Assembly (NCBI GenBank): GCA_964531275.1
Contig: CAZHDZ010000003.1
Coordinates: forward strand, 33,208-97,207
Direction: 5' to 3'
DNA: 64,000 nucleotides
Origin: an uncultured Gammaproteobacteria bacterium
GTDB lineage: Bacteria > Patescibacteriota > Microgenomatia > Levybacterales > GWA1-39-11
The notes under the pieces were generated by a model. The model worked only from the letters and a program-made list of their open reading frames with translations, was not told where the DNA came from and made no database searches. Shown piece after piece: positions 40,479 through 50,477 of this stretch (position 1 is the stretch's first letter; every line of letters begins with the position of its first letter). A program made the translations under genes and the position numbers.

Positions 40479-43400
40479 CTAATTTAATATTCTAACTCCA
40501 TCAACAATAATAACCGGAAGGTCTTCTTTAAAGTCTAGCTTTCCTTCGATAATGACAATAGCATCTTTTACAAGATAAATTTTTGAACGTTCAAAAATCT
40601 TAGGAAAAACAACACATTCGATACTCACTCCTAAATGGTCCTCGAGTGTTATAAAGGCCATTTCTTCATTTGAACGTTTGGTAAAAATCTTTTTAATAGT
40701 TGACACTAGTCCTCCAATTTTTACTTTCGTGCCATTTTTAACTTCAGGAAGATCTGATATTTTGTGTGTTGCAAATGTAAAAAGAGAATTAAGCTTGTGA
40801 TTTAAGGGATGATCAGACAAGAAAAAACCGAGCAATTCTCTCTCAAACATTAATTTTTCACTTTCGGTAAAGTCTTCAATTTCTTCAAGATCTGTATTTA
40901 TAGTAGGTGTAATTTCCGGAAGATCTCCGAAAAGACTAATCTGATTTAAATCCTTCTTAGAGGGTTTTTTAGTAATAGCGCTTACTGCGTTTGCTGCTGC
41001 CGAGAGGAGACCTGCTCTTTTACCAAAATCATCAAATGCTCCAGCTTTAATAAGACTTTCCATTGTTTTTTTATTTACCTTTGAGAGATCAACTCTGCTA
41101 CAAAAATCGGAAAGACTTTTGAATTCACCGTTGCCCCTGGCTTCTAAGATCGTAGAAATAGCTGCAGTGCCAACATTTTTAACAGCAGAAAGGCCAAAAC
41201 GGACTTTATTTTCTTCAATTGAAAAGTCTGCCAATGAAGCATTAACATTAGGTCCTAGCACATCAATCTTAAGTCTTTTGCATTCGGCAACTGCAATTGA
41301 TATCTTTTCATTCTTTAGTGGTCCTGTTGATCCACGAGACTCAGCAGTAAGTAGGGCAGTCATAAATTCTACTGGGTAATGAGCCTTAAGATATGCGGTT
41401 CTGAAAGCTATAGTTGCATAGCAAGAAGCATGAGCTTTATTGAATCCATAGCCAGCAAATGGAGCTATTAGTTCAAATATCTCTTCAGCCTTTTTCTGAG
41501 TAAGACCGTTCTTAACCGCGCCTTGAAGAAATATTTCTTTTTGTTTTTTCATTTCAGCCGGAATTTTTTTACCCATAGCTTTACGGAACTTATCGGCATC
41601 AAGCCATGTGTAGCCTGCTAATGCGATGGTTGTTAGGAGAACGTCATCTTGGTAGGTAAGGATTCCGTACGAATTAGTCAAAATTTCTTTTAAGCGGGGG
41701 TCAGGAAATGAAATCTTCGAAGGATCATGTTTTCGAGCAATAAAATCAGGAATATTTTGCATCGGTCCCGGACGATATAGCGCTACCATTGCCATAACAT
41801 CAAAGATAGTAGTGGGTTTTAATTCTTTTATGTACCTTCTCATTCCAGAAGACTCAAGTTGGAATATTCCAGTCGTTTCACCACTGGCAAGGAGTCTATA
41901 TGTTGGTGGGTCGTCGTATGAAAGTTTTTGGAAATCTATTTCCTGATTTTGATTTTCTTTTATAAATCGCAAAGATTCTTGGATAATAGTTAGATTTCGA
42001 AGACCCAAAAAATCCATCTTAAGAAGTCCCACGCCGTCTTCTCCAACTGTGTACATATCATATTGGGTTACTATCTTGTCACCGTTCGTTTCTTTTTGAA
42101 GCGGTACATATTCAGTAAGGTCTTTATCTGCAATAACAACTCCCGCAGCATGTACTGATGCATGGCGAGCTACGCCATTAAGCTTACTGGCAAGTGTAAG
42201 GAGTCTTTTTGTTTCCGGCTCAGTTGTGTATGCAGCTTTTAGCTCTGGACTTTGTGTTAGTGCAAGGTCAATTGTCATATGGTGGCCTTGCCAGCCTGGG
42301 GGAATCATTTTAGAAATTCTGTCAGGTTGAGCATATGGCATGCCCAATGCACGGCCTGCATCCCTTACGGAGCCCCTTGCTTCCATTGTTCCAAAAGTAA
42401 TAATTTGTGCCACTTTATCTTTTCCATATTTTTGAGTTACGTACTCGATCACTTCATCTCGTCTTGTATCAGCAAAATCAAGATCAATATCGGGAGCCGA
42501 TGGTCTTTCCGGATTTAAGAATCTTTCAAACGGGAGGTTGAAATAGAATGGATCAACGTCAGTAATCCTTAGAATATATGAGACAACAGAGCCCGCAGCA
42601 GATCCTCTTCCAGGTCCAACGCTTATTCCTCGATCTTTCGCCCAATTTACAAAATCTGCAACAGTTAAGAAGTATGTCTCGTAGCCCTTTTTTAAAATGA
42701 CATCTATCTCATAGTCAATACGTTGTCGAATTTCTTCAGTAATATTTTCGTAGCGAAATGGTAGTCGTTCTTCTATAATTTTCTTAAAATATTCAGCGGC
42801 AGTAAGGCCATTAGGAACATCATATTGCGGCATTATCCATTTACCAAGTGTCAATTCCAGGTTACACATTTCCGCAATTTTTACAGTATTTTCAATGACC
42901 TCAGGCATATCCTTAAACGCCTCATTCATTTCCTTTGCAGACTTTAAGTAAAAGTCGGGTGAGTCAAGCATTGTTAATTTTCTATTCTCATCTAAAATTG
43001 TTGTTTGGGTGCCTATGCAAAGTAAGATTTCTTGACCTTCAGCATCATCTTTCTGAATGTAGTGATTATCGTTTGTTGCAACCAATTTAACTTCAAATTC
43101 CTTTCCTAGAACTTGCAACTTTTTGTTAAGTTCTTCTTGTCCCGGAACACTTATATGTCGTTGCACTTCAAGAAAAAGATTTTCTCTTGTGTATATATCG
43201 ATTAATTTTTGAAGCCTTTTTTTTGCTAGTTCTTCCTGTCCCGCAAGTAAAGGTTCGCTGACATATCCGCTTATACAAGCAGTCAAGCATATAAGCCCCT
43301 CGCTGTGTTTTTTGAGTAATTCAAGGTCTGTTCTTGGCTTGTAATAGAAGCCTTCCAAGTGAGAAGTTGTGATTATTTTTATCAAGTTTTTATAACCAGT

Positions 43401-43688
43401 TAAGTTTTTTGCGAGAAGAATAAGGTGGTTGTAATCCTTGTCCACTCCGGCTTCTTTATCATGCAGACTTCTTTTCGCTACGTAAATTTCACATCCTATA
43501 ATTGGTTTAATTCCTTCAGCAAGGCATTTCTTATAGAACTTAATTGTCCCATACATATTTCCGTGATCTGTTATTGCAAGAGAGGTCATTCCAAGCTTTT
43601 TTGCATGTTCAACCATTGGGTCAATACGTGACAATCCGTCGAGTAATGAATATTCCGAGTGATTATGTAGATGAACAAAATCTTTCAT
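40479..43688 (-). CDS. dnaE: DNA polymerase III alpha subunit
   Basis: HLHNHSEYSLLDG (PHP), GPGRGSAAGS, PDIDLD, KMDFLGL, YGFNKAH, C-terminal OB fold; no intein. Confidence 0.99.
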   Translation of the reverse strand: MKDFVHLHNHSEYSLLDGLSRIDPMVEHAKKLGMTSLAITDHGNMYGTIKFYKKCLAEGIKPIIGCEIYVAKRSLHDKEAGVDKDYNHLILLAKNLTGYKNLIKIITTSHLEGFYYKPRTDLELLKKHSEGLICLTACISGYVSEPLLAGQEELAKKRLQKLIDIYTRENLFLEVQRHISVPGQEELNKKLQVLGKEFEVKLVATNDNHYIQKDDAEGQEILLCIGTQTTILDENRKLTMLDSPDFYLKSAKEMNEAFKDMPEVIENTVKIAEMCNLELTLGKWIMPQYDVPNGLTAAEYFKKIIEERLPFRYENITEEIRQRIDYEIDVILKKGYETYFLTVADFVNWAKDRGISVGPGRGSAAGSVVSYILRITDVDPFYFNLPFERFLNPERPSAPDIDLDFADTRRDEVIEYVTQKYGKDKVAQIITFGTMEARGSVRDAGRALGMPYAQPDRISKMIPPGWQGHHMTIDLALTQSPELKAAYTTEPETKRLLTLASKLNGVARHASVHAAGVVIADKDLTEYVPLQKETNGDKIVTQYDMYTVGEDGVGLLKMDFLGLRNLTIIQESLRFIKENQNQEIDFQKLSYDDPPTYRLLASGETTGIFQLESSGMRRYIKELKPTTIFDVMAMVALYRPGPMQNIPDFIARKHDPSKISFPDPRLKEILTNSYGILTYQDDVLLTTIALAGYTWLDADKFRKAMGKKIPAEMKKQKEIFLQGAVKNGLTQKKAEEIFELIAPFAGYGFNKAHASCYATIAFRTAYLKAHYPVEFMTALLTAESRGSTGPLKNEKISIAVAECKRLKIDVLGPNVNASLADFSIEENKVRFGLSAVKNVGTAAISTILEARGNGEFKSLSDFCSRVDLSKVNKKTMESLIKAGAFDDFGKRAGLLSAAANAVSAITKKPSKKDLNQISLFGDLPEITPTINTDLEEIEDFTESEKLMFERELLGFFLSDHPLNHKLNSLFTFATHKISDLPEVKNGTKVKIGGLVSTIKKIFTKRSNEEMAFITLEDHLGVSIECVVFPKIFERSKIYLVKDAIVIIEGKLDFKEDLPVIIVDGVRILN

Positions 43689-43691
43689 AAA

Positions 43692-44621
43692 TTAGGCAAC
43701 CTGTTGTAATTGTTGAAATGAGAATCGATCTTGATCGGGGACAGCAATAAAAGTCGTATCGCGTCCTGCATTTTTCGCTTCTGCAACTGCAGCACTTGCT
43801 CGGCTTAATAATTGCAAACCGTTTTCCCCTGGTTGTAATTTTGTTGCCCCAAAGCTTAAGGTAACGACTTTGGGAATTCCTTCCTCTGATATCTCATTGT
43901 CTTTTAAAGTGTCTTTTGGGTGCATTTCTTGTAATGCCTTTGCACTCATTTCTTTATAAAGGCGTGAATATCTTCCGGTAATTGATGCTATTTTTTCTTC
44001 ATCTGTTGCTTCCGGTTTTTCTTCTATTCGAACATTGTTAAGATTTATTAACTGTACAAACTCTTCCCCACCAAAACGTGAGATTAATTCGTCATTTCTT
44101 GCCAAATTGCCCATAAGTCTTAAAAGATTGTCACCACCTGTGTGATTGTAGATTGTATTTATGTATTTAAATCTGTCTAGGTCAATAAATACAGCCCATA
44201 AATTACTGTTAGGATCCTGATGTGATGTTTCTACTTGGGAATCTATAGTCTCTTCAAGCCATCTCCGATTTTTCAAACCAGTAAGCTGATCCGTATAGCC
44301 TTGAATTTCTATACCGGCTCTTCGTAATGCATCCTGTTCTGCGAATTTTGATTTACTGACAAAATCTATTCCATTTTCAAGCATTAGATCTTGAACATCC
44401 GCTAGATGTCTCCTGAATATCCCATCATAGTAGTCATCTAGTTCGGCTGGAACTGCTTCTAGTTTATCTAATTGGTCATTTTCTTCACGATCAAAAATAT
44501 TAAGTTTTCCTTTCGTAGGGCCGAACCGATCCCACCATCTGTCAACTATAATTGCTGCCTCAGGGGTTCCTGCTTCGGGTATATGGGGGGGTGTGATTTT
44601 TGCTCCTAAACCTTCAGTCAT
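43692..44621 (-). CDS. GGDEF-domain diguanylate cyclase, soluble
   Basis: TDQLTGLKNRR, IDLDRFKYIN, GD.LL, RFGGEEF, TLSFG, AK.AGR. Confidence 0.88.
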   Translation of the reverse strand: MTEGLGAKITPPHIPEAGTPEAAIIVDRWWDRFGPTKGKLNIFDREENDQLDKLEAVPAELDDYYDGIFRRHLADVQDLMLENGIDFVSKSKFAEQDALRRAGIEIQGYTDQLTGLKNRRWLEETIDSQVETSHQDPNSNLWAVFIDLDRFKYINTIYNHTGGDNLLRLMGNLARNDELISRFGGEEFVQLINLNNVRIEEKPEATDEEKIASITGRYSRLYKEMSAKALQEMHPKDTLKDNEISEEGIPKVVTLSFGATKLQPGENGLQLLSRASAAVAEAKNAGRDTTFIAVPDQDRFSFQQLQQVA

Positions 44622-44625
44622 TGAA

Positions 44626-46020
44626 TCATTCTAGCATCTTAAGAAGGGTTTTTCTAATCTGATCCATGTCTTTGGCTTCTGGTAATGACTTTCTGATAGC
44701 ACCTATCAGATATCCCAACACCTGAACTTTACCTGCTTTGTATTCTGTAACAATCTGTGAATTTTCACTTATAACTTTACTAATTCCTGCGGTAAGTTTG
44801 GCCTCATCAAAACTTTCTATAGTGTTTTCTTCTTTAATTGTAGTAACTAGTGCAGTGGGATCTATCTTTTCCAAATCCGGTTTTTTATTAATAACAAAAT
44901 TTGCTATTGTTTTTGCATCAACATGTAAATTCTTGCCCTCAGAAACTGCAGCTTCAAAGAAATTACAAAGAACAATATCCCTGGTTAAGATCTCAGCATT
45001 GTATTCCGAAAGACCAAATTCGTTAACAAATCGAATAACTCGAGCTTGTGGAAGTTCTGGAAGCGATTGCTTAAGTTCTTCGACTTTACTATCAGAAAAA
45101 TTAATTGGGGGAAGATCTGGCTCTGGAAAATATCTATAGTCATGAGCTTCCTCTTTTGATCTTTGGCTTACTGTTTTGTTTTTGAATTCATTCCAGCCCC
45201 GCGTTTCCTGAAGAGGAACCTCTCCTTTATCAAGAAGCTCTTTATGTCTTTTTTCTTCAAACTTAATAGCATTTTCAACAAATTTAAACGAATTGATATT
45301 TTTTACCTCGACTTTATATTTTGCTAATTCCTTTTGTCCTGGAGGTCTTAGCGAAATATTTGGTTCAAGTCTCATTTGCCCTTTGTCCATATCTGCATCG
45401 CTTACTCCCAGGAAGCGGATGATTTTTTGTAATTCCTGCAGAAATATTCTTGCCTCTTCACCGGTTCTAATGTCAGGTTCTGTGACTATCTCAACGAGAG
45501 GTACACTTGATCTGTTGAAGTCAATGAGGCTTACTTCTTTCCCGTCAACTGTTGCATGGGTAAGTTTACCTGTATCTTCTTCCATATGTACCCTTGTAAT
45601 GCCAATTCTTTTTATTGCTCCGTTAACTTTGATATCAAGATATCCCTTTTCACCAAAAGGATGTAAAAATTGTGACGTCTGAAATCCCTTAGCAAGATCG
45701 GGATAAAAATAATTTTTCCTTTCAAAATATGAGTCTTGATTCACCATGCAATTAAGTGCAAGTCCAATTTGAACACAGGACTCTATTGCTTTTTGATTGG
45801 TGTAGGGGAGGGCACCAGGAAGTCCTAGGCAAATCGGACAAGTTTTGGTATTGGGTTTATCTGACAGATTTGGAACAGGGCAGCTACAGAACATTTTTGT
45901 AGTAGTTGCAAGCTCTACGTGGATTTCCATCCCTACAACTGTTTCGTAATCGCTGACGCTCATAGCGCTGACGCTTAAAATTGGTGGTTGGTGGTTGGTG
46001 TTTGGTGATTGGGAATTCAT
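44626..46020 (-). CDS. gatB: Asp/Glu-tRNA amidotransferase subunit B
   Basis: GMEIHVEL, PGALP, RKNYFYPDL.KG, HMEED.GK, DYRYFPEPDLPP. Confidence 0.98.
   Translation of the reverse strand: MNSQSPNTNHQPPILSVSAMSVSDYETVVGMEIHVELATTTKMFCSCPVPNLSDKPNTKTCPICLGLPGALPYTNQKAIESCVQIGLALNCMVNQDSYFERKNYFYPDLAKGFQTSQFLHPFGEKGYLDIKVNGAIKRIGITRVHMEEDTGKLTHATVDGKEVSLIDFNRSSVPLVEIVTEPDIRTGEEARIFLQELQKIIRFLGVSDADMDKGQMRLEPNISLRPPGQKELAKYKVEVKNINSFKFVENAIKFEEKRHKELLDKGEVPLQETRGWNEFKNKTVSQRSKEEAHDYRYFPEPDLPPINFSDSKVEELKQSLPELPQARVIRFVNEFGLSEYNAEILTRDIVLCNFFEAAVSEGKNLHVDAKTIANFVINKKPDLEKIDPTALVTTIKEENTIESFDEAKLTAGISKVISENSQIVTEYKAGKVQVLGYLIGAIRKSLPEAKDMDQIRKTLLKMLE
45951..46015. repeat. Short tandem repeats in the gatB 5' end (5 imperfect heptamers plus CGCTGACGCT repeated at 15-bp spacing)
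   Basis: TTGGTGG TTGGTGG TTGGTGT TTGGTGA TTGGGAA (45981-46015); CGCTGACGCT at 45951 and 45966. Confidence 0.7.
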
Positions 46021-47420
46021 ATGTTTGGCAATTTCAGATACATCTTTGTTTGTTGTTCAAAGGCGTAACCCGTTTTGAAGAGTAATTCCTCAGAAAAATG
46101 TGGTCCAATAAATTGAATTCCAATTGGTAGTTCGTCTTTGCTAAATCCAGCAGGGACTGATATCCCGGGAACACCAGCAAGATTAATGGTTACTGTTAAT
46201 GCGTCTGATAGATACATAGCAAGCGGGTCATTTGCCTTCTCACCAAATTTCCATGGTGGGGTAGGAGAAACAGGAGATACTATTACGTCAACTTTTTTAT
46301 ATGCGTCCTCAAAGTCTTTAGTTATGAGAGTTCTTACCTGCATAGCCTTTTTATAATAAGCGTCATAATATCCAGAAGAGAGTGTAAAAGTTCCGAGCAT
46401 TATTCTTCTTTTTGCTTCTTTTCCAAAGTGAGATCTATCCGCCCCAAATCTTATGCCATCATATCGAGCTAGGTTGGAGCTTACTTCTGAAGGCTGAATA
46501 ATATAATAGACTGCAATTCCTTCATCCGTATGAGGAAGAGAAATTTCAAGAATCTCAGCTCCGAGATTTTGAAGAATTTTAAGACTATTTTCGAATACTT
46601 CTTTGACGTCAGGACTTAGCCCTGTACCTACATATTCTTTTGGCACTCCAATTCTCATGCCCTTTATATCTTTGCCAATACTTTTTGTATAGTCAGTACT
46701 TTTGCCTTCAGCTAGCGTAGAATCATATCCGTCCTGTCCTGCCGTTGCATTAAGAATTATTGCTGAGTCTTTTACGGTTTTTGAGAAGTGTCCAATTGAG
46801 TCGAGGGAAGAAGCCATCGAAATAACTCCATAGCGACTCACCAATCCATAAGTAGGTTTTAGGCCGACGGTATTGGTGAAGCTTGCAGGAAGTCTAATAG
46901 ACCCTCCTGTATCCGTTCCGGTTGAGAAGGGTACCATGCCAGCAGCAACTGAGGCACTTGAGCCAGAAGAAGATCCTCCAGGAACGTACTCAGTATTCCA
47001 GGGATTGAGTGTATTTCCAAAGTCACTATTTTCACCACTTGATCCATGCGCCCATGCATCGTGATTTAGTTTGCCTAATGATATTGCTCCATTCTCTTCC
47101 AGCCTTGTAATAGCAGTGGACGTGTAGGGTGGAATATAATCTTTCAGAACATTTGATGCGGCAGTTGTCCTGACACCTTTGGTCAAGAACATATCTTTTA
47201 TTCCAAAGGGCACTCCATGTAGAGGATTAATTATATCTTTCCCTTCCAGTAGTGCGGCCTTTTTTTTAGCGTTTTCTTGATCGATAGTAATAAACGCATT
47301 AAGAGATGGATTTAATGCATTAACCCTTTCAAGATATGAGTTAATTATTTCGCTTACGCTGAACTCATGCTTTTTGTATCCCTCAATAATGTCACTGATT
47401 GTTAAATCTTGGATATTCAT
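46017..47420 (-). CDS. gatA: Amidotransferase subunit A
   Basis: Amidase signature PGGSSSGS, TDTGGSIRLPAS, SSNLARYDG, RRIMLGTF.LSSGYYDAYY. Confidence 0.98.
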   Translation of the reverse strand: MNIQDLTISDIIEGYKKHEFSVSEIINSYLERVNALNPSLNAFITIDQENAKKKAALLEGKDIINPLHGVPFGIKDMFLTKGVRTTAASNVLKDYIPPYTSTAITRLEENGAISLGKLNHDAWAHGSSGENSDFGNTLNPWNTEYVPGGSSSGSSASVAAGMVPFSTGTDTGGSIRLPASFTNTVGLKPTYGLVSRYGVISMASSLDSIGHFSKTVKDSAIILNATAGQDGYDSTLAEGKSTDYTKSIGKDIKGMRIGVPKEYVGTGLSPDVKEVFENSLKILQNLGAEILEISLPHTDEGIAVYYIIQPSEVSSNLARYDGIRFGADRSHFGKEAKRRIMLGTFTLSSGYYDAYYKKAMQVRTLITKDFEDAYKKVDVIVSPVSPTPPWKFGEKANDPLAMYLSDALTVTINLAGVPGISVPAGFSKDELPIGIQFIGPHFSEELLFKTGYAFEQQTKMYLKLPNI

Positions 47421-47423
47421 GCT

Positions 47424-47714
47424 TTAACTTGTTGTATCAACTGTTTGACTAACTACAAACATTTCATTGTGTATGCTTTTCCCTCCAGAAAGTGCTTCTT
47501 CCTGTGAGAGGCTTTGGTGTGAGATTTTATCTTCTCGGGTTTTATTTACAAGACCAGTTACTTGCGCTGTGGGGTTCACTTTTGAGGTGTCAACAGAGTC
47601 TAACTTTTCTATGTAGCCAACAATGTCATTTAGTTGCTTATCAAATTCTTTTTCTTCATCCGTAGTAATAGTCAAGTTGGCGAGTTTTGCTACCTTTGCA
47701 ACATCAATTTTCAT
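47424..47714 (-). CDS. gatC: Amidotransferase subunit C
   Basis: V.KVAKLA.L, L..VDT..V.PT, RED; lies upstream of gatA. Confidence 0.93.
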   Translation of the reverse strand: MKIDVAKVAKLANLTITTDEEKEFDKQLNDIVGYIEKLDSVDTSKVNPTAQVTGLVNKTREDKISHQSLSQEEALSGGKSIHNEMFVVSQTVDTTS

Positions 47715-47846
47715 GCCTATAAGTATACTGTCTTGAGGCTATCGTAGCAATACTCAACTGCGTTTAATCTCGCAAGAGTTAATCAAGAATTTAAGATATA
47801 AATTTTGATGAATATTAAATAGCTCAACTAACGGTATCTTCTGCTA

Positions 47847-47864
47847 CAGTGATCTGGATTACTG
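47847..47864. promoter_or_regulatory. 18-bp imperfect palindrome (putative operator), downstream copy
   Basis: CAGTGAT-CTGG-ATTACTG. Confidence 0.45.
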
Positions 47865-47871
47865 CAGTGCG

Positions 47872-48282
47872 TTAGCGTTTTGCATCTGACCGTTTAGCTC
47901 CCGTGTAGACATTCTTTTTATAAACCAATTGTGATCCTCCGACCTTTCTGAATTTCTTTGCCATGTAGTCTTTTTCTGTTTTGTCTTTTCTTTTAAGCAC
48001 AAGTTCAAAACATTTGGGATAGCTTCTTAACTGTCTTGCGACCCAAGCAATAGTTGAAACGCCTACCTTGGAGAGATCAGCTATATCTTTAAAGGTACTT
48101 TCATTAATTAAGCTTTCTGCGATTTGAATTCTTCTGCCGATTCTAATTTTTTCATCTTCGGTAAGCAATCCATTAATTAATTCATTTACCTCAGTGCCAT
48201 CCCTAGCAGCAAGAAAAGCGTCACGAAGACGATTCATTGCGCAATATGTTTCGCTTTTTGTGAGAAAACTATATCTATACAT
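47872..48282 (-). CDS. TrpR-like (YerC/YecD) HTH protein
   Basis: LLT.DE...I.RR.QIA..L....TF.DI.....VG.STI.WV.R. Confidence 0.8.
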   Translation of the reverse strand: MYRYSFLTKSETYCAMNRLRDAFLAARDGTEVNELINGLLTEDEKIRIGRRIQIAESLINESTFKDIADLSKVGVSTIAWVARQLRSYPKCFELVLKRKDKTEKDYMAKKFRKVGGSQLVYKKNVYTGAKRSDAKR

Positions 48283-48291
48283 CTTTTGCTC

Positions 48292-48309
48292 CAGTAATAC
48301 AGATTACCG
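48292..48309. promoter_or_regulatory. 18-bp imperfect palindrome (putative operator), upstream copy
   Basis: CAGTAAT-ACAG-ATTACCG, 9 nt before the ATG of the TrpR-like gene. Confidence 0.45.
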
Positions 48310-48369
48310 AAGTGAAATTAACAAATGATTAAAAAAAAGTATGTGGATAGGGTTTAGGGGCCTGGTGGG

Positions 48370-49137
48370 TTATTTGATACCGAGTCTAGAGACAAGAACC
48401 TCTTTAGCTTTTTTGGCAAGGACATCATTGAAAGCAAGCTTTATTTTCTTATCGTATTTATTTTCAATCGCTATTTCCAGAAGCTCTATAGCTAGCTCAG
48501 GGTTAGATGGTAGGATCGGTCCATGCATGTAGGTGCCAATAGAGTTTTTATAGTGTATCCCCTCGGTTTTGTCTTCTCCATTGTTGCCATATCCATGAAT
48601 AACCTTGGCAAATGCCATTGTATTATCTTTTAAATATGTTCTGCCGCCATGGTTTTCAAATCCAACATACGTTTTATTCTTGCGGAGGACAACAATATTG
48701 CCAATAAGTCTTTCCTTCTTTGGATCACTTTCCGTTGACATATCAAAAACGCCTAATCCTGGTATTTCTTTGCCATAAGCATCCTTATAATAATTACCTA
48801 AAAATTGATAAGCTCCACAAATGTAGAGTCCGGGGATTCCATCTTCAACCATTTTTGTAAGAGTAGTGCCCTTTTTTTCAATTAAATCTCGATTTACAAT
48901 TTCCTGCTGGAGGTCCTGTGCACCTCCCATAAACAACATATCACAGGTTTTAAGAACCGTATTGTCAGTATCTTGATCAATCCTCAATATCTCTACGTTT
49001 ATATTATGATCTTCGGCTATTCGTCGCAAAACAATAATATTGCCACGGTCGCCGTACGTAGACATAAGTTCTGGATATAACCATCCAATGGTAATTTTAG
49101 GATTTAAAATATTTATCTTCGTATGTTTTGTGTTCAT
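48370..49137 (-). CDS. gatD: Lipid II isoglutaminyl synthase glutaminase subunit (CobQ-like)
   Basis: LYPELM.TYGDRGN, GGAQD, ICGAYQFLG, GFENHGGRT, GTYMHGP.LP.NP. Confidence 0.93.
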   Translation of the reverse strand: MNTKHTKINILNPKITIGWLYPELMSTYGDRGNIIVLRRIAEDHNINVEILRIDQDTDNTVLKTCDMLFMGGAQDLQQEIVNRDLIEKKGTTLTKMVEDGIPGLYICGAYQFLGNYYKDAYGKEIPGLGVFDMSTESDPKKERLIGNIVVLRKNKTYVGFENHGGRTYLKDNTMAFAKVIHGYGNNGEDKTEGIHYKNSIGTYMHGPILPSNPELAIELLEIAIENKYDKKIKLAFNDVLAKKAKEVLVSRLGIK

Positions 49138-49175
49138 ATTTTAGTTTTCGATCACTAACCGCCATTTACTGATCG

Positions 49176-50459
49176 CTAAAGTATCGATTTTCCCGAAATT
49201 AATTTTCTTATTTCAAGCATTGCTGAATATGTCGGAAGAATTGTTAACCTTTGTCCTTCAGGGGTATTATTGAAAGCGTTCTGGTATGATGCGTTAAGAT
49301 TGTCACTCACTTCATGGGTGACACCTGCAAAAAGAAGTCTATTGGCCATATCATAAGCTCTATCTCCCGATACGAATACTTTTATTTTTGTCTTTTTTAA
49401 TACTTCAAAGTCTACATCCCAAATCCATGAAATATCTCTTCCATCGGGTATCCTGTCATTAAGAAGAATTAAAAGATTCGAGCTTTTATTTTCAATAGCT
49501 ACTTTTATACTTTCATTAAATCCTGTTGGATTTTTTGATAACAAATACATTATTCGCCTATTATTTATAGAAACTTCCTCCTGCCTCCCGAAGGCAGGCC
49601 GAAGTGTTATGAGAGAATTGAGAATATCCTTTTCTTTATATTCAAATTCGTGTCTTAGAACGGTAGCTGCAGCGTTAAGGTTATACTGATTATACGTTCC
49701 TAATAATTGAGAAGGGATTTCCAAGTTTTCTGATTTAGGATTTGAGTAAGAGCAGTTTGGGCATATGTAATTTCCGAGATGAGAGTAGGAAATCGTAATG
49801 TAGTCAAGCTGGAAATTGCATTTAGGACAAGTTGTGGAATCAACAGCATGACTGAGCGAGCGATTATTCTTATATTTTGGCGGAACGGTAAAGTAGATGT
49901 GTTTGGGAGCACGCGAGGCTACATACGCTATGAGAGGGTCATCTGCATTTGCTACAACGGTTGTTGACGTGCTCAATTTTTCGAATGAATGTATCCATTT
50001 TTCTGCTGTTGTATTTACTTCCCCGTAACGGTCAAGTTGATCACGGAAAAGGTTGAGAAGAATAATTGCGTTTGGATTTGGAATTTCTTTAAGAATTACA
50101 GGAAGAGAGTTCTCATCTGTTTCAAAAATTATAACTTTTTTACTGAGTTTTCCTGAAAGATTTACGTCGGCAACAAGAGTAGAGGCTAATCCATTTATAA
50201 GATTTGCACCAGAATTATTTGTAAGTACTGAATGCCCAATTTGTTCAAGTGCGTGAGAAAGAGCCTTTGTTGTAGTGGTTTTGCCATTGGTTCCGGCAAC
50301 AAGGATAATTTTCAGATCCGGATTCTTTGATATAACTTTTCTAATGAGCTTTGGATTTATTTTTAAGGCAATGTGGCCGGGCCAGGTTGATCCAGATCCT
50401 AGATTTATTATTTTGCCTATTTTAAGAACAGTTTTACCTAACAGTAGACCATGACGCAT
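49176..50459 (-). CDS. murT: Lipid II isoglutaminyl synthase Mur-ligase subunit
   Basis: GTNGKTTT, NLFRDQLDRYGE, Zn ribbon CPKC..CPNC, KNPTG, DGRDISWIWDVDFE, PTYSAML. Confidence 0.95.
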   Translation of the reverse strand: MRHGLLLGKTVLKIGKIINLGSGSTWPGHIALKINPKLIRKVISKNPDLKIILVAGTNGKTTTTKALSHALEQIGHSVLTNNSGANLINGLASTLVADVNLSGKLSKKVIIFETDENSLPVILKEIPNPNAIILLNLFRDQLDRYGEVNTTAEKWIHSFEKLSTSTTVVANADDPLIAYVASRAPKHIYFTVPPKYKNNRSLSHAVDSTTCPKCNFQLDYITISYSHLGNYICPNCSYSNPKSENLEIPSQLLGTYNQYNLNAAATVLRHEFEYKEKDILNSLITLRPAFGRQEEVSINNRRIMYLLSKNPTGFNESIKVAIENKSSNLLILLNDRIPDGRDISWIWDVDFEVLKKTKIKVFVSGDRAYDMANRLLFAGVTHEVSDNLNASYQNAFNNTPEGQRLTILPTYSAMLEIRKLISGKSIL

Positions 50460-50477
50460 AACTTTTAGTATACCAAA

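Noticed and set aside
40479-43688. Intein or split in dnaE
   Set aside because: The 1069-aa length and continuous motifs fit an uninterrupted DnaE.
49580-49598. Hairpin CCTGCCT-CCCGA-AGGCAGG inside murT
   Set aside because: It encodes the conserved PAFGRQE motif and occurs once, so it is probably incidental.
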